NCBI GenBank assembly: GCA_963753345.1
Contig: CAVWBU010000049.1
Coordinates: 128,001 to 192,000, forward strand
DNA from: an uncultured Fibrobacterota bacterium
GTDB lineage: Bacteria > Fibrobacterota > Chitinivibrionia > Chitinivibrionales > FEN-1185
Direction of reading: 5' to 3'
Length of the DNA: 64,000 bases
A program made the translations under genes and the position numbers. Within the stretch, counting starts at the first letter, position 1. Every line of letters begins with the position of its first letter. Under the pieces are notes generated by a model that saw only the letters and a list, made by a program, of their open reading frames with translations, made no database searches and had not been told where the DNA came from. Positions 27,770 to 38,356 of the stretch are shown here, in pieces.

Positions 27770-29145
27770 TCGGCCTTAACAGACGCAACAAGGTGCACTT
27801 TGTGGGCATCGGCGGCGTGGGCATGAGCGGCCTTGCCGAGCTTCTGCGGGCCGCAAACTACCCCGTGACCGGCAGCGACCGGCAGGCCTCCGCCATCACG
27901 AAAAGGCTGGAGTCGCTCGGCATTGCAATACAGTACCATCATACGCCGTCGCTCATCAAGGACGCGGACCTTGCGGTGTACTCCAGCGCCATACGCGAGG
28001 ACAACGCCGAGCGCGTCTTCGCGGCGCAGCACAAAATCCCCCTCATGCGTCGCGCGGAAATGCTGGGCGAGCTCATGCGCATGAAATTCTCGGTGGCGAT
28101 CGCCGGCACGCACGGCAAGACCACCACCACGTCGCTTATCGGGCAGATCCTCAGCGACGCGGGAAAGAAGCCCACGGTGATCGTCGGCGGCATCCTGAAA
28201 CGGCTCGACACCAACGCCATTTCCGGCGCGGGAGACCTTCTGGTCGCGGAGGCCGACGAATTCGACCGGTCGTTCCTCAGGATGTACCCGTCGATTGCCG
28301 TGGTGACGAACATCGAAGAGGACCACCTCGATTGCTATTCGGGAATAGAGGACATCAAGGCCGCGTTCTTGCAGTTTGCCAATCTGGTGCCGTTCTACGG
28401 CGCGCTGGTCGCCTGCGCGGACGATCCGCACGTGCGCGAGATCCTGTCTTCGTATTCCAAGCCGGTCATTACCTATGGAACGGAGCATGAGGCAGACTAC
28501 TTTGCGCGGGACATAACGTTTGCAGGGGGGAAAACTGCGTTTTCGGTGTTCAAAAAGGCCGAACGGCTCGGTGCGCTTGCGCTTGCCATACCCGGACTCC
28601 ACAACGTGAAGAACGCGCTCGCGGCCTGCGCCGTTGCAACGGAGCTTGGCGTTGATTTTAACGGCATCGCGAAAAGCCTGTCCACGTTCGGCGGCGTGAA
28701 GCGCAGGTTCGAGGTTGTCGGCGAGAAACAGGGAATAACGGTCATCGACGATTACGCGCACCACCCGAGCGAGATCCGCGCGACCCTGTCTGCGGCCAAA
28801 AGCGCGGGGTTCGGCAGGGTGGTGGCGGTGTTCCAGCCGCATTTGTACACCCGCACGCGCGATTTCCTGTCCGGGTTTGCGGCCGCGCTGTGCCTGGCCG
28901 ACGAATTCGTGGTGACCGCCATATACAAATCGCGCGAGGAGCCTATCGCGGGCGTGAACGGCCGCGCGATCGTCGACGCCGCGGCCGCGCTGGGCTGCCG
29001 CCAGGCGGCATATGTTGACAGAAAAGAAGACGTGCCGGCCATGCTCGCCCCGAAGCTTAAACGGGGCGACGCCGTGGTGGTGATGGGCGCCGGCGACATC
29101 AACGAGATCTGCAAAGGAATTCTCGAAAGGATCGCGCATGCATAG
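27766..29145 (+). CDS. murC: UDP-MurNAc--L-alanine ligase
   Basis: Own ATG at 27766; HFVGIGGVGMSGLA, AGTHGKTTTT, EADEFD, DDYAHHPSEI, FQPHLYTRT. Confidence 0.95.
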   Translation: MIGLNRRNKVHFVGIGGVGMSGLAELLRAANYPVTGSDRQASAITKRLESLGIAIQYHHTPSLIKDADLAVYSSAIREDNAERVFAAQHKIPLMRRAEMLGELMRMKFSVAIAGTHGKTTTTSLIGQILSDAGKKPTVIVGGILKRLDTNAISGAGDLLVAEADEFDRSFLRMYPSIAVVTNIEEDHLDCYSGIEDIKAAFLQFANLVPFYGALVACADDPHVREILSSYSKPVITYGTEHEADYFARDITFAGGKTAFSVFKKAERLGALALAIPGLHNVKNALAACAVATELGVDFNGIAKSLSTFGGVKRRFEVVGEKQGITVIDDYAHHPSEIRATLSAAKSAGFGRVVAVFQPHLYTRTRDFLSGFAAALCLADEFVVTAIYKSREEPIAGVNGRAIVDAAAALGCRQAAYVDRKEDVPAMLAPKLKRGDAVVVMGAGDINEICKGILERIAHA

Positions 29146-29947
29146 GCGGATGGGCGCGAACAGGCGCAGGATCCACGGTGAGCGCCGGCAAGCGGCCGGG
29201 AGCGCGGTGAAAAAGGCGGCGGCGAGAGCGGCTTCCTTTTCCACCGCTGCCATTGTCGCGGTGTGCGTGTGCGGCGGCGCCGTGATCGGCGCGGTCAAGG
29301 CGGTCGCGTGGGTCAACCGGTCGCCGCTCTTTACCGTTGCGACAATCCGGGTGGAAGGCGCCGTGCGGGTCGACCAGGCCGAGGCGGTGCGGCTTTCGGG
29401 CATCAAGCCCGGCATCCGCATGACCGCGGTGAATCCCCGCGCCTGCGAGCAGGGAATATGCCGCAACGCATGGGTGCGCGGCGCGAAGGTGTCGCGGCAT
29501 TTTCCGAACACCGTGGTTCTGCGGCTCACCGAAAGGACGCCGATAGCGCTTGTCAACGCCGGCCGCGTGCGGTACACCGACGACTGCGGCGTGCTGCTGC
29601 CGCTGTTTGCCTGCACCTATTCGAACCTGCCGGTGGTCTCGGGCCTGGGCCGCGATTCGGCCGGGTGCCTTGCCGGCGCGTCGGTGGCGCGGCTGAAACG
29701 GTTTCTTGACGATTGCAACAATGAGGCCCCGCTGCTGGCGAAAAGGATTTCGCAGATCGATTTTGCGCAGCCCGGCGCGGTGATGCTGAGGATGGAGGAG
29801 CTGGACGCGACGGTGGAAATGAACGACGCCCAGGCGCGGGTCGGGATGCGCAGGCTGGCGCGGCTCGCGGACGTTGCCGCGGCAGGGCCGTCGGCGCAGC
29901 AGAAAAGGATCAACCTGTGCTACGAGAATCTTGCGTTTGTCCAGTAA
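29138..29947 (+). CDS. ftsQ: Cell division protein FtsQ/DivIB
   Basis: TM helix plus POTRA-like WVRGAKVSRHFPNTVVLRLTERTPIA; lies between murC and ftsA. Confidence 0.85.
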   Translation: MHRRMGANRRRIHGERRQAAGSAVKKAAARAASFSTAAIVAVCVCGGAVIGAVKAVAWVNRSPLFTVATIRVEGAVRVDQAEAVRLSGIKPGIRMTAVNPRACEQGICRNAWVRGAKVSRHFPNTVVLRLTERTPIALVNAGRVRYTDDCGVLLPLFACTYSNLPVVSGLGRDSAGCLAGASVARLKRFLDDCNNEAPLLAKRISQIDFAQPGAVMLRMEELDATVEMNDAQARVGMRRLARLADVAAAGPSAQQKRINLCYENLAFVQ

Positions 29948-30015
29948 CAGGGTGAAATAACCTGTCCCGCCGCGGGGCGGGATGTTTTCATACTTTTTCA
30001 GCGCGGAGGATAAGC

Positions 30016-31254
30016 ATGGAAGACAACACCTTTATCGGCCTCGACATAGGCACAACCAAAATCGCCTGCATCATCTCGGAGCTCGGCGCCAACGACGAGC
30101 TCAAGATCGTGGGCGTCGGCGTAAGCCCGTCGGACGGCCTGCGCAAAGGCGTGGTTGTCAATATCGATAAGACGGTCCATTCGATCCAGAAGGCGGTGGA
30201 GGAGGCCGAGCTCATGGCCGGCATCGACGTGGAATCGGTGTATGTGGGCATCGCCGGCGACCACATACGGGCGATAAACTCCAAAGGCGTGGTGGCGATC
30301 TCGCGCCAGGACAACGAGATCACCGAGCTTGACGTGGTGCGCGCCATCGACGCGGCCAAGGCCGTTTCGATCCCCATGGACCGGGAAATCCTCCACGTGA
30401 TTCCCCAGGAATTCATCGTTGACGACCAGAAGGGCATCAAGGACCCCATCGGCATGTGCGGGGTGCGGCTCGAGACGCAGGTGCACATCATCACCGGCGC
30501 GGTGACGAGCGCCCAGAACATCTACCGGAGCGTCGAGAAGGCGGACCTCAAAGTGCGCGACCTCGTGCTCGAGCCGCTCGCGTCGAGCTATGCGGTGCTG
30601 GAAAAGGACGAGAAGGAGCTCGGCGTGGCGCTCGTCGACATGGGAGGCGGCACCACCGACATCGCGATTTACTTTGACGAAAGCATCCGCCACACCGCGG
30701 TGGTGGGTCTCGGCGGCAAGAACGTGACGAGCGACATCGCCATCGGCATACGGACGCCCATCGAGCGCGCCGAGGAGATCAAGAAGGAACACGGATGCGC
30801 CTACGCGCCGCTGGTGAAGGCCGACCAGTTCATCAGCGTGCCGGGCGTAGGCGGCCGCGAGCAGCGCGAGGTGTCCAAGGCGGTGCTCTCCTCGATCATC
30901 GAGCCGCGTCTCGAGGAGATCCTGTCGCTTGCTTTGCGGGAAATCAAGCGCACCGAATACGCCGACATGCTCGGCGCGGGCGTGGTGCTCACGGGCGGCG
31001 GCGCGCTTATGGACGGCATACAGGAGCTTGCCGAAAAAGTGTTTGAGATGCCGGTGAAGATCGGTTTTCCCACCGGGTTCGGCGGGCTCACCGAGGCGGC
31101 GAAATCCCCCATACACGCCACCGGCGTGGGGCTGTGCATCTACGGGGTCAAGCACGGCAGGGGGACCAAAAAGAGCAAAAAGAGCTTTGGCGGCGAGGAC
31201 AGTTTCAAGAAGATTTTCGAGCACATGAAAGTCTGGGTGAAGGAGTTCTTTTAA
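30016..31254 (+). CDS. ftsA: Cell division protein FtsA
   Basis: GLDIGTTKI, VDMGGGTTDI and GVVLTGGG motifs; amphipathic C-terminus KVWVKEFF. Confidence 0.97.
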   Translation: MEDNTFIGLDIGTTKIACIISELGANDELKIVGVGVSPSDGLRKGVVVNIDKTVHSIQKAVEEAELMAGIDVESVYVGIAGDHIRAINSKGVVAISRQDNEITELDVVRAIDAAKAVSIPMDREILHVIPQEFIVDDQKGIKDPIGMCGVRLETQVHIITGAVTSAQNIYRSVEKADLKVRDLVLEPLASSYAVLEKDEKELGVALVDMGGGTTDIAIYFDESIRHTAVVGLGGKNVTSDIAIGIRTPIERAEEIKKEHGCAYAPLVKADQFISVPGVGGREQREVSKAVLSSIIEPRLEEILSLALREIKRTEYADMLGAGVVLTGGGALMDGIQELAEKVFEMPVKIGFPTGFGGLTEAAKSPIHATGVGLCIYGVKHGRGTKKSKKSFGGEDSFKKIFEHMKVWVKEFF

Positions 31255-31320
31255 TTGCCCTATGAGAACACCATCGACGATTGATTGCCATACACACCAA
31301 ACCTTCAGAAGGGGGTTGTT

Positions 31321-32700
31321 ATGATCTTTTCATTGGATGAAGACTTTGGCGCCAAGGCCAAGATGAAGGTCATCGGCGTCGGAGGAGCAGGCGGAAACGC
31401 CGTGAACCGCATGGTGGCGGCCGGCTTGAGCGGCGTGGAGTTCATCGCGATCAACACCGACGCGATGGCGCTTGACAACAACAAAGCGGACAACCGCGTC
31501 CAGATCGGCGACAAGATCACCAAGGGTCTCGGCGCAGGAGCCAACCCCGAGATCGGCCGCATCGCCATGGAGGAGGACCGCGAGAAGGTGGCGGCGATGC
31601 TCGAAGGCGCGGACATGGTGTTCATCACCGCAGGCATGGGCGGCGGGACGGGCACGGGCGGCGCGCCCGTGGTGGCCGAAATCGCGCGCGAGCTCGGCAT
31701 TCTCACGGTTGCCATCGTGACAAGGCCCTTTCTGTTTGAGGGCAAGGTCCGCGACCGCAACGCGCGCAAGGGCATCGACGATCTGCGCAAGAGCGTGGAC
31801 ACCATCATCGTGATCCCCAACCAGAAGCTGCTTTCCATTGTGGACCGCACCACGTCGCTCATCGACGCCTTCAAGATCGCCGACGACGTGCTGTACCAGG
31901 CGACCAAGGGCATTTCCGACCTCATCTCGGTGCACGGACTCGTCAACCTGGACTTTGCCGACGTGCGCACCATCATGAACGGCATGGGCGACGCGCTCAT
32001 GGGAACCGGCTATGCCGAAGGCGAAAACCGCGCCACCACGGCGGCCGACAACGCCATCCACAGCCCGCTGCTCGACGATATTTCCATCGTGGGCGCCAAG
32101 GGCATTCTCATCAATATCACGGGCGGCGACGACATGACATTGTACGATGTCAACGACGCCACGCAGACCATCTACGACGCGGTGGGCGAGGACGTTGAAA
32201 CCAACATCATCTTCGGCGCAGTCACCGACACGTCGATGAGCGGCAAGATCCGCGTGACCGTCATCGCGACCGGGTTCAGCGAGGAGAAGCTGGAAAAGAA
32301 GAAGGAGGAATCGAACGCCGCGAAACTCGGGCTCAAGCTTCCGGCGCAGAAATGCGCGCCGGCCATGGAGCGCCAGGCCGAGCAGATGTCGTTTGCGCTT
32401 GCCGCGGCCGTCCCCAAAACGGATGAAAAACAATTTGTGGACGCGGTTCTCAGGGAAGACAAGATCGATGATGTGGTCGGAACGGTCTCTTCGGTCGCCG
32501 ACGAAACCCAGCGGGCAGTCGCAACGTCGCTCGGCGGCCATGCAGCCGGATCGTCCCAGCAGCTTGATTTTCCCGCGTTTCTCAAGAAGGAAAAGGTTGC
32601 CAAGAAAGACCCGCATTTCGTAGTCTCAAAAGGCAACATCATCGAGCACTACGAGGACGACATGGACGTGCCGACGTTTTTAAGAAAACAGATGCAATAA
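31321..32700 (+). CDS. ftsZ: Cell division protein FtsZ
   Basis: [27 protein letters not shown] motifs; C-terminal DVPTFLRKQ. Confidence 0.98.
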   Translation: MIFSLDEDFGAKAKMKVIGVGGAGGNAVNRMVAAGLSGVEFIAINTDAMALDNNKADNRVQIGDKITKGLGAGANPEIGRIAMEEDREKVAAMLEGADMVFITAGMGGGTGTGGAPVVAEIARELGILTVAIVTRPFLFEGKVRDRNARKGIDDLRKSVDTIIVIPNQKLLSIVDRTTSLIDAFKIADDVLYQATKGISDLISVHGLVNLDFADVRTIMNGMGDALMGTGYAEGENRATTAADNAIHSPLLDDISIVGAKGILINITGGDDMTLYDVNDATQTIYDAVGEDVETNIIFGAVTDTSMSGKIRVTVIATGFSEEKLEKKKEESNAAKLGLKLPAQKCAPAMERQAEQMSFALAAAVPKTDEKQFVDAVLREDKIDDVVGTVSSVADETQRAVATSLGGHAAGSSQQLDFPAFLKKEKVAKKDPHFVVSKGNIIEHYEDDMDVPTFLRKQMQ

Positions 32701-32770
32701 CTCATCCCCCCGGCCCCCTTGACCTCACCCCTGCCCCCTCTCCCGCGGGGAGAGGGGAAGAGGGGAAAGG
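32701..32770 (-). repeat. Nested REP-like palindromes after ftsZ
   Basis: CCTCACCCC..CCCTCTCCC-GCG-GGGAGAGGG (32723-32757) inside a related CTCATCCCC..CCCCTT/GAAGAGGGG frame. Confidence 0.65.
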
Positions 32771-32801
32771 AACCGAAGGCACCGGATTACAAGGAGCGCC
32801 C

Positions 32802-33005
32802 ATGACCACTCTTGAAGCGAAGCTGATGGATCAGGCGACCGCGATACACGACAGGATATTTCCGTGTTCCTCGCGGAACGGGTTTGAGCATTGCTTTACG
32901 CAGGAGCAGGGGAAACTGTGCTTCTGGTACAATACGGAAGACGAAAGCACACACCTGCTTATCGCTGACGAACTGGGCAGGATTGTGCAGACGATGCCGA
33001 ACTAG
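32802..33005 (+). CDS. Small hypothetical protein (67 aa)
   Basis: AAGGAG RBS and ATG start; protein-like composition (IFPC..CFT..FWYNTEDESTH); followed by GC hairpins. Confidence 0.6.
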   Translation: MTTLEAKLMDQATAIHDRIFPCSSRNGFEHCFTQEQGKLCFWYNTEDESTHLLIADELGRIVQTMPN

Positions 33006-33420
33006 CAGTTCTGTAATTATCGGATAAGAACTCCCACCGCCCGGGTTGTTTCCAGGGTACCCGGGCATCTCCGCTGGAGCGGGGGCCTGATTATGGGCTC
33101 CCGCACCCCCTTTACAAATGTAGAATGCGGATTGCGAATGTAGATTGAAAAAGAGGATGACCAGTTTTACCTTGATGGGTTATCGGCAAACCGCGAATGT
33201 CTTTCTTAACGTTTTGCCATTGCCTTCACACACGAGCTGATAGGAACCGGAGGCAATGCGAGGCAACCTCATGGTGTCTCGTATCATTTTGTCAAGAACA
33301 TCAGCGTTTCCTCATGATGATCGCCGGTTTCGAGGACAACCAGACGCGCTCCTGCCCGGCGGGTGCGCCGGTTACGTACCGTCGCCGGTAAGACAAGAAG
33401 GGCGGGAGATCGGCGCAATT

Positions 33421-34605
33421 TTACCGTATGACCTCTACGTCTTTCCTGTAGACCTTGCCATTCGCCGGGAGCATGACCAGGTATTTTCCGGTACGGCACG
33501 TAGCCGTGTTCCAGGTGACAGTCGACTGGCCTGGGCGGACGGCCTCGGAGAAAACTCTGCGGCCCTGCAAGTTGTAGATAGACACATTTGCATCAGATGA
33601 AACTCTTGGTAACTGTAGTGTTGCAATGCCACGGATCGGGTTGGAACATGTGAATTCATCACCACAGTATTCTTCAGATTTAGCCTCCCTGATCAGGTTT
33701 TCTGCAGTTTGAAAGTATGCGAAGTATGCACTGCCTACAATCATAAACATGCCGTTACCGTATGCGACAGAATAGAGGGCAGGAAAGCCCGCGCCTTTTC
33801 TTGTCCAGGTTATGCCATCTGAAGAAGTCCAAACTGCACCCTCTGTTTTTGTTGAATGGTATGGTGTATACCACCCTACGGCCATAAACTGGCCGTTGCC
33901 ATAGGCCACGGAACTGATACTGGTATCGGAAGTTATCCCAGAACTTGCTTTTGTCCATGTGATGCCATCAGACGAGATTATAGTGTTGGAACTACCAAAG
34001 GCCATAAATTGATTTTTGGCATAAATTATGGAAGCACAGTCATCAGTTGTATCTGAATATCTTATTGACCATGCCATACCATCAGATGAAGTTAGGATAA
34101 CAAGGGGATAATAACTCGCGGCCACATATAAGCTGTCCTCGTAAGTAACGAAATAAAGATTGTTAGTTATGTTTAAAATGTTTTCTGCCCAGGTCAAGGC
34201 GTCCGGGGAGGTCAAGATTACACAATTACCACCCAGAGTACCGCCCACGGCGACAAATTGGCCATTGCCGTAGGTAATGGAATTAGGAGATGCAGCAGAT
34301 ATACCCAAATTTCTTGTTGCCCAGGTCGAGCCATCAGATGAAGTTAGCACAAGTACACCACTATTAGTCCATCCAATAGCTACGAACTGCCCATTCCCAT
34401 AAACGATAGAGGTTATGTATCCTTCGATGCCCATGCTTTTGTACCCTCCATTGTTGGGAGAATAAACAAAAACCGAGCCCAATGGATCGGCACTTTCACC
34501 TACAGCCACAAACTGATTATCGCCATAGGTCACAGATGTCAGGTTAATAGATTGTCCGAAACATATACTTGCACATAAAAGCAACAACAACATTATCTTT
34601 TTCAT
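33421..34605 (-). CDS. Secreted repeat (beta-propeller-like) protein with C-terminal sorting-type domain
   Basis: Signal peptide; about 6 repeats of SxxYGNGQFVAVG...TSSDGxTW; C-terminal SIYNLQGRRV...GKYLV; AAGGAGG RBS; lower GC. Confidence 0.85.
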   Translation of the reverse strand: MKKIMLLLLLCASICFGQSINLTSVTYGDNQFVAVGESADPLGSVFVYSPNNGGYKSMGIEGYITSIVYGNGQFVAIGWTNSGVLVLTSSDGSTWATRNLGISAASPNSITYGNGQFVAVGGTLGGNCVILTSPDALTWAENILNITNNLYFVTYEDSLYVAASYYPLVILTSSDGMAWSIRYSDTTDDCASIIYAKNQFMAFGSSNTIISSDGITWTKASSGITSDTSISSVAYGNGQFMAVGWYTPYHSTKTEGAVWTSSDGITWTRKGAGFPALYSVAYGNGMFMIVGSAYFAYFQTAENLIREAKSEEYCGDEFTCSNPIRGIATLQLPRVSSDANVSIYNLQGRRVFSEAVRPGQSTVTWNTATCRTGKYLVMLPANGKVYRKDVEVIR

Positions 34606-34630
34606 AGCTAACCTCCTTAAAGAATCATGA

Positions 34631-34813
34631 TCAACTCCCTATTACATACCACACATTTCCAGTTCCAGCAACAACCTGCAAAAAGTCGTATCGATTTACG
34701 AGATGCTTACCAACGCTTGTGTCGTCAATCAAATCTCCGGGGTATGGTATAATTCTACAAGAACAACCACTATTGTCTACTCTTTTAATAAAGTAGACTC
34801 TGCTGATCGCCAA
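34631..34813 (-). pseudogene. Probable C-terminal gene fragment
   Basis: RVYFIKRVDNS..IIP..DLID..YDFLQVV..NVWYVI reads as a real domain but has no good start; low GC like its neighbour. Confidence 0.4.
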
Positions 34814-35565
34814 CCTTGAGAATGACGGCTAATCTGTCAAAGGACATGGGTGCCTCCTTTGGACATTTAGGGTATCTTATTTCTCTGTCAGGCGTTAAAT
34901 TTCAGGAAAGGAACTCGTTGCACCGTCTCAAAGCTGTTGTCAAGCAAGATGTTTCAATGGCCTCCTGAGGTTTTCATTTCCGCGCTTGGTCAGGCCATTG
35001 GGAGGTTTTTGTTCGTGCGCGCAAGGAAGGTGTTTGAGCCCCCATCTATCACAATAATATATCCATATTCTCCGGAATGTGAAGATATATCTTCGGCGCT
35101 TGAAAAAAAGTGTTTTCTCTCAGAAACCGCCTGTTCGCGTCAAGACATCATCAACCCGCAACCGGCACCGGTCGCGTCAACTGGAATCCTGAGCAAGGAT
35201 CACCCATCACCGGTTAAAAGTCTGTTTCCATTCATGTTTCCAACGCGCCGTCATTTATTATCATCAACCTTACTAATTTTTTCAAACTTTTTCCCCGGAA
35301 CTTAAATATATTATACCTATATCAGTATCAGTATCCGGCACGCGTGCTTTTCATGATAAGGCACATTGCAGGGAAAAGAACCTGCAGTCCGTTGATACTG
35401 AAGGATCATCCAAGAAGATCCAATTTCTTAATCGGTTAACCAGACTTTTAAAGGGGGAGCATGGTTGACGGAAAAACCGCATCCAGTTCACGTGACTGCT
35501 TTTCTTCCGCCGATTTCCTTCCCAAAAACTTAGTAATCAATTCAACCCAACAAAGGAGGGGGACA

Positions 35566-35970
35566 ATGGTTTTTCACAAACTCGCAATGGCAGGACTCAT
35601 CCTGTTGCTCGCATCAGGGGCGCTTTTTGCGCAGACGGTTGAGAAATTCAGCGCGTCATTCACGTTTCCCTCAACGATCACCTCCGCGGTGGGCAAGCAG
35701 TTGCAACCTTCACAGGTTTCGTTCTTCCGCGCGGCGGGTGTCGTCCTGCACAGGGGAATTTTCCTGCTCGACTGGAGCGTTCCCCCGGCAGCCGGTCAGG
35801 GACGGATTTCCGTGTATTCGGTGTCGGGTCATCTGGTGAAGAATTTTGTGATCACGAAGAATATCGGTTCACAGACATGCGATCTGTCCCGATCGGCGGC
35901 CGGCATCTATCTGGTCACAATTTCCTACGGCTTGTATGAGCAGAAACTCAAACTCGCGTTATACAGGTAG
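35566..35970 (+). CDS. Small secreted protein made mainly of a C-terminal sorting-type domain
   Basis: AAGGAGG RBS; signal peptide; ISVYSVSGHLVK...AAGIYLVTI. Confidence 0.75.
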   Translation: MVFHKLAMAGLILLLASGALFAQTVEKFSASFTFPSTITSAVGKQLQPSQVSFFRAAGVVLHRGIFLLDWSVPPAAGQGRISVYSVSGHLVKNFVITKNIGSQTCDLSRSAAGIYLVTISYGLYEQKLKLALYR

Positions 35971-35979
35971 GGGGAAACC

Positions 35980-38262
35980 ATGTTGAAAAAAATCCTTCTT
36001 ACCATTGTCCTGGCCGCGGGACTGCTGTATTCGCAGCCGGCCTCAGACATCGACACGGTGCTCGTGACGCCCGTGTTTCTCAAGCTGGTCGACAACTCGA
36101 ATAACGTTTTCAAGTACGTCGGCAAGGTGACCTACCAGCTCGTCGGCTGGTCCAACGACCAGTTCACCGCGTCGCTCTCGATCATCCAGGACGGCTCCGG
36201 CACGGTGGTGCCGCTTACCTCGGTGAAAGGCGACGGTTACGGTTCATTTACAAGATGGGGACTAAAGGGAATCTTTTTCGCGTGCCAGTTCAACGGCCCG
36301 CCGAGCGGGACCTACAAGGCGAAGGTGAGCGTGATCGCCTCGCAGAGCGACTCAGCCAAGTTTGTTGAAAGTAAGATCAACAGCCTTTCCAATGGCGACA
36401 AGCAGACCATCATCAATGGCGGATCGGCCGGCGGCGTGCCGGCAGTGGCATGGCAGGACGGCCCGTATGGCGTCCGCGGCGGGTATGCATACCCGGCCGG
36501 CGAGGGCATGGCGTCCACGTGGGACACCGCAATCGCCGAACAAGGCGGATATTACAAGGGTCAGGATTTCAGGGGCGTGGGCTCCTTCAACATCATGCTC
36601 GGCACCACCGTGAACCTGGTGCGCGACGCACGGGGCGGCCGCACGTTCGAGAGCTACGGCGAAGATCCGTTTCTCCAGGGCAAGATGGCAGCGGCGGACT
36701 GCCGCGGGTGCAGCAAGAGCGGCCTCATGGTTACTGTAAAGCATTTCTGCTGCAACAACGAGGAGCGTGCGCGAGGAAATTACCCGGTGTGGGCCACAGA
36801 GCGGACCCTGCGCGAACTGTATACCTATCAATTCGGCATGGCTGCGCTTGAGGGCGAGGCAACCGGCTTCATGACCGCGTACAATGCGGTGAACGGCTTC
36901 CATAACGCTCACAACAAGCACACGATAACCGATATTATCAAGAACTCATGGGGTATGAAGGGATACTTCCTTACAGACTGGGACGATGGCGGCGGCAATT
37001 ATCCTGATGCCGCCCAGGCCGGGCTTGACCTGCCTACCCCGGACACATGGGGCGGCGCTCTGGCGGCCATGGTGCCCGGCACCATTTCGCAAGCCTTTTT
37101 CGACGACAAGGCACGGCGCTGGCTATGGGCGCGCTATAGGACGCACTGCTTTGAGCCGGGATATACGATCCAGTCGACCTACCATGACTCCATCGACAAT
37201 ACAACGCACTACAATTACATGCGCCAGGCAACGCGCGAGGCAATGGTGCTGATGAAGAACGACAACAACATCCTGCCGATTGACAGAAATTCAAGCCCCG
37301 TGACGATTGCCTGCGTGGGTACGTATGCGAACAATATGCAATGGTTCGTTTCCGCAAGCAGCCTGGTGAATCCGAAGCATTTGACGACTGCCTCTGCCGC
37401 GATAAAAAAGATCGGCGGCACAAACGTGACCGTCAACACCGATTATGCGAACGCCGATTATGCAGTGGTCTGCATAGGGCCCATTGACATGGGCGAGGGA
37501 AACGACAGGGTGAATGTCAGCTTGCCGGATTCCGACAACGCGCTGGTTGCCAAGGTGCTTGCCGCGAATCCGCACACCATCGTGTTTTATGAAGGCGGAA
37601 GCTGGGCGGATTCCGGCGCATGGAACAAAGCGCCGGGGATCATCGCGGAGTTTTTTGCCGGCGAAGATCATACGCTTGCCTTTGCCGAGGTTCTGTTCGG
37701 CGACTACAATCCTGCCGGCAGGTTGTCCATGACCTTTCCCGCAGACTCGACGCAGCTTCCCGTGTGGGGCATCGGCGCTCCATGGAACACCTCGGGCGCG
37801 ACCAAGGATTTTTATGAGGACGCCTGGGAAGGCAGGGGATACCCGTATTACGACTATCATAAAATGACGCCGCTGTTCTACTTCGGCCACGGCCTGAGTT
37901 ACACGACGTTCCAATACAGCAACCTCTCAATAACGCCGGCCGGCGGATATCCGGGCGACACGTTCCACGTAAGCGTGGACGTGAAGAACACGGGCACGCG
38001 CGACGGCGACGAAGTGGTGCAGCTGTACCTGCACGACGAGCAGAGCGCTTTGCCTCGGCGGTACAAGGACCTGCGCGGCTTTGCCAGGGTTCCGCTCACC
38101 GCGGGCCAGACAAAGACCGTGAACTTCGGGATCACGGAACGCGACATGGAATACTATGACACCACGCAGACCGCGTGGGTGGTCGAGCCGGGCCCGATCG
38201 ACGTGCTCGTGGGCGCGTCATCGCACGACATTAGGCAGACAGGAACGATAACGCTGTATTAG
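35980..38262 (+). CDS. GH3 beta-glucosidase-like hydrolase (paralog 1)
   Basis: GRTFESYGEDP, KHF, FLTDW (nucleophile), GEGNDR, FGHGLSYTTF and an Fn3-like C-terminus. Confidence 0.93.
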   Translation: MLKKILLTIVLAAGLLYSQPASDIDTVLVTPVFLKLVDNSNNVFKYVGKVTYQLVGWSNDQFTASLSIIQDGSGTVVPLTSVKGDGYGSFTRWGLKGIFFACQFNGPPSGTYKAKVSVIASQSDSAKFVESKINSLSNGDKQTIINGGSAGGVPAVAWQDGPYGVRGGYAYPAGEGMASTWDTAIAEQGGYYKGQDFRGVGSFNIMLGTTVNLVRDARGGRTFESYGEDPFLQGKMAAADCRGCSKSGLMVTVKHFCCNNEERARGNYPVWATERTLRELYTYQFGMAALEGEATGFMTAYNAVNGFHNAHNKHTITDIIKNSWGMKGYFLTDWDDGGGNYPDAAQAGLDLPTPDTWGGALAAMVPGTISQAFFDDKARRWLWARYRTHCFEPGYTIQSTYHDSIDNTTHYNYMRQATREAMVLMKNDNNILPIDRNSSPVTIACVGTYANNMQWFVSASSLVNPKHLTTASAAIKKIGGTNVTVNTDYANADYAVVCIGPIDMGEGNDRVNVSLPDSDNALVAKVLAANPHTIVFYEGGSWADSGAWNKAPGIIAEFFAGEDHTLAFAEVLFGDYNPAGRLSMTFPADSTQLPVWGIGAPWNTSGATKDFYEDAWEGRGYPYYDYHKMTPLFYFGHGLSYTTFQYSNLSITPAGGYPGDTFHVSVDVKNTGTRDGDEVVQLYLHDEQSALPRRYKDLRGFARVPLTAGQTKTVNFGITERDMEYYDTTQTAWVVEPGPIDVLVGASSHDIRQTGTITLY

Positions 38263-38265
38263 CAG

Positions 38266-38331
38266 GTTGAACGTTGACGGTTGACAAGCGGGGTACGTAG
38301 CAATGCCTTTCTGTCAACGGTCAACCGTTAA
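38266..38331. repeat. Heptamer-built inverted repeat between the GH3 genes
   Basis: GTTGAACGTTGACGGTTGACA ... TGTCAACGGTCAACCGTTAAC. Confidence 0.65.
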
Positions 38332-38356
38332 CTTTCTCCAACATGAGGGGGAGGAC

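Noticed and set aside
26653-29145. 830-aa MurG-MurC fusion as listed in the ORF track
   Set aside because: A natural MurG C-terminus and an ATGA overlap with murC exist in the +1 frame, so it is best explained by one extra base
33180-33290. GGCAAACC as a c-di-GMP-I riboswitch
   Set aside because: The GAAA tetraloop stem, CGCAAAG junction and second stem are absent
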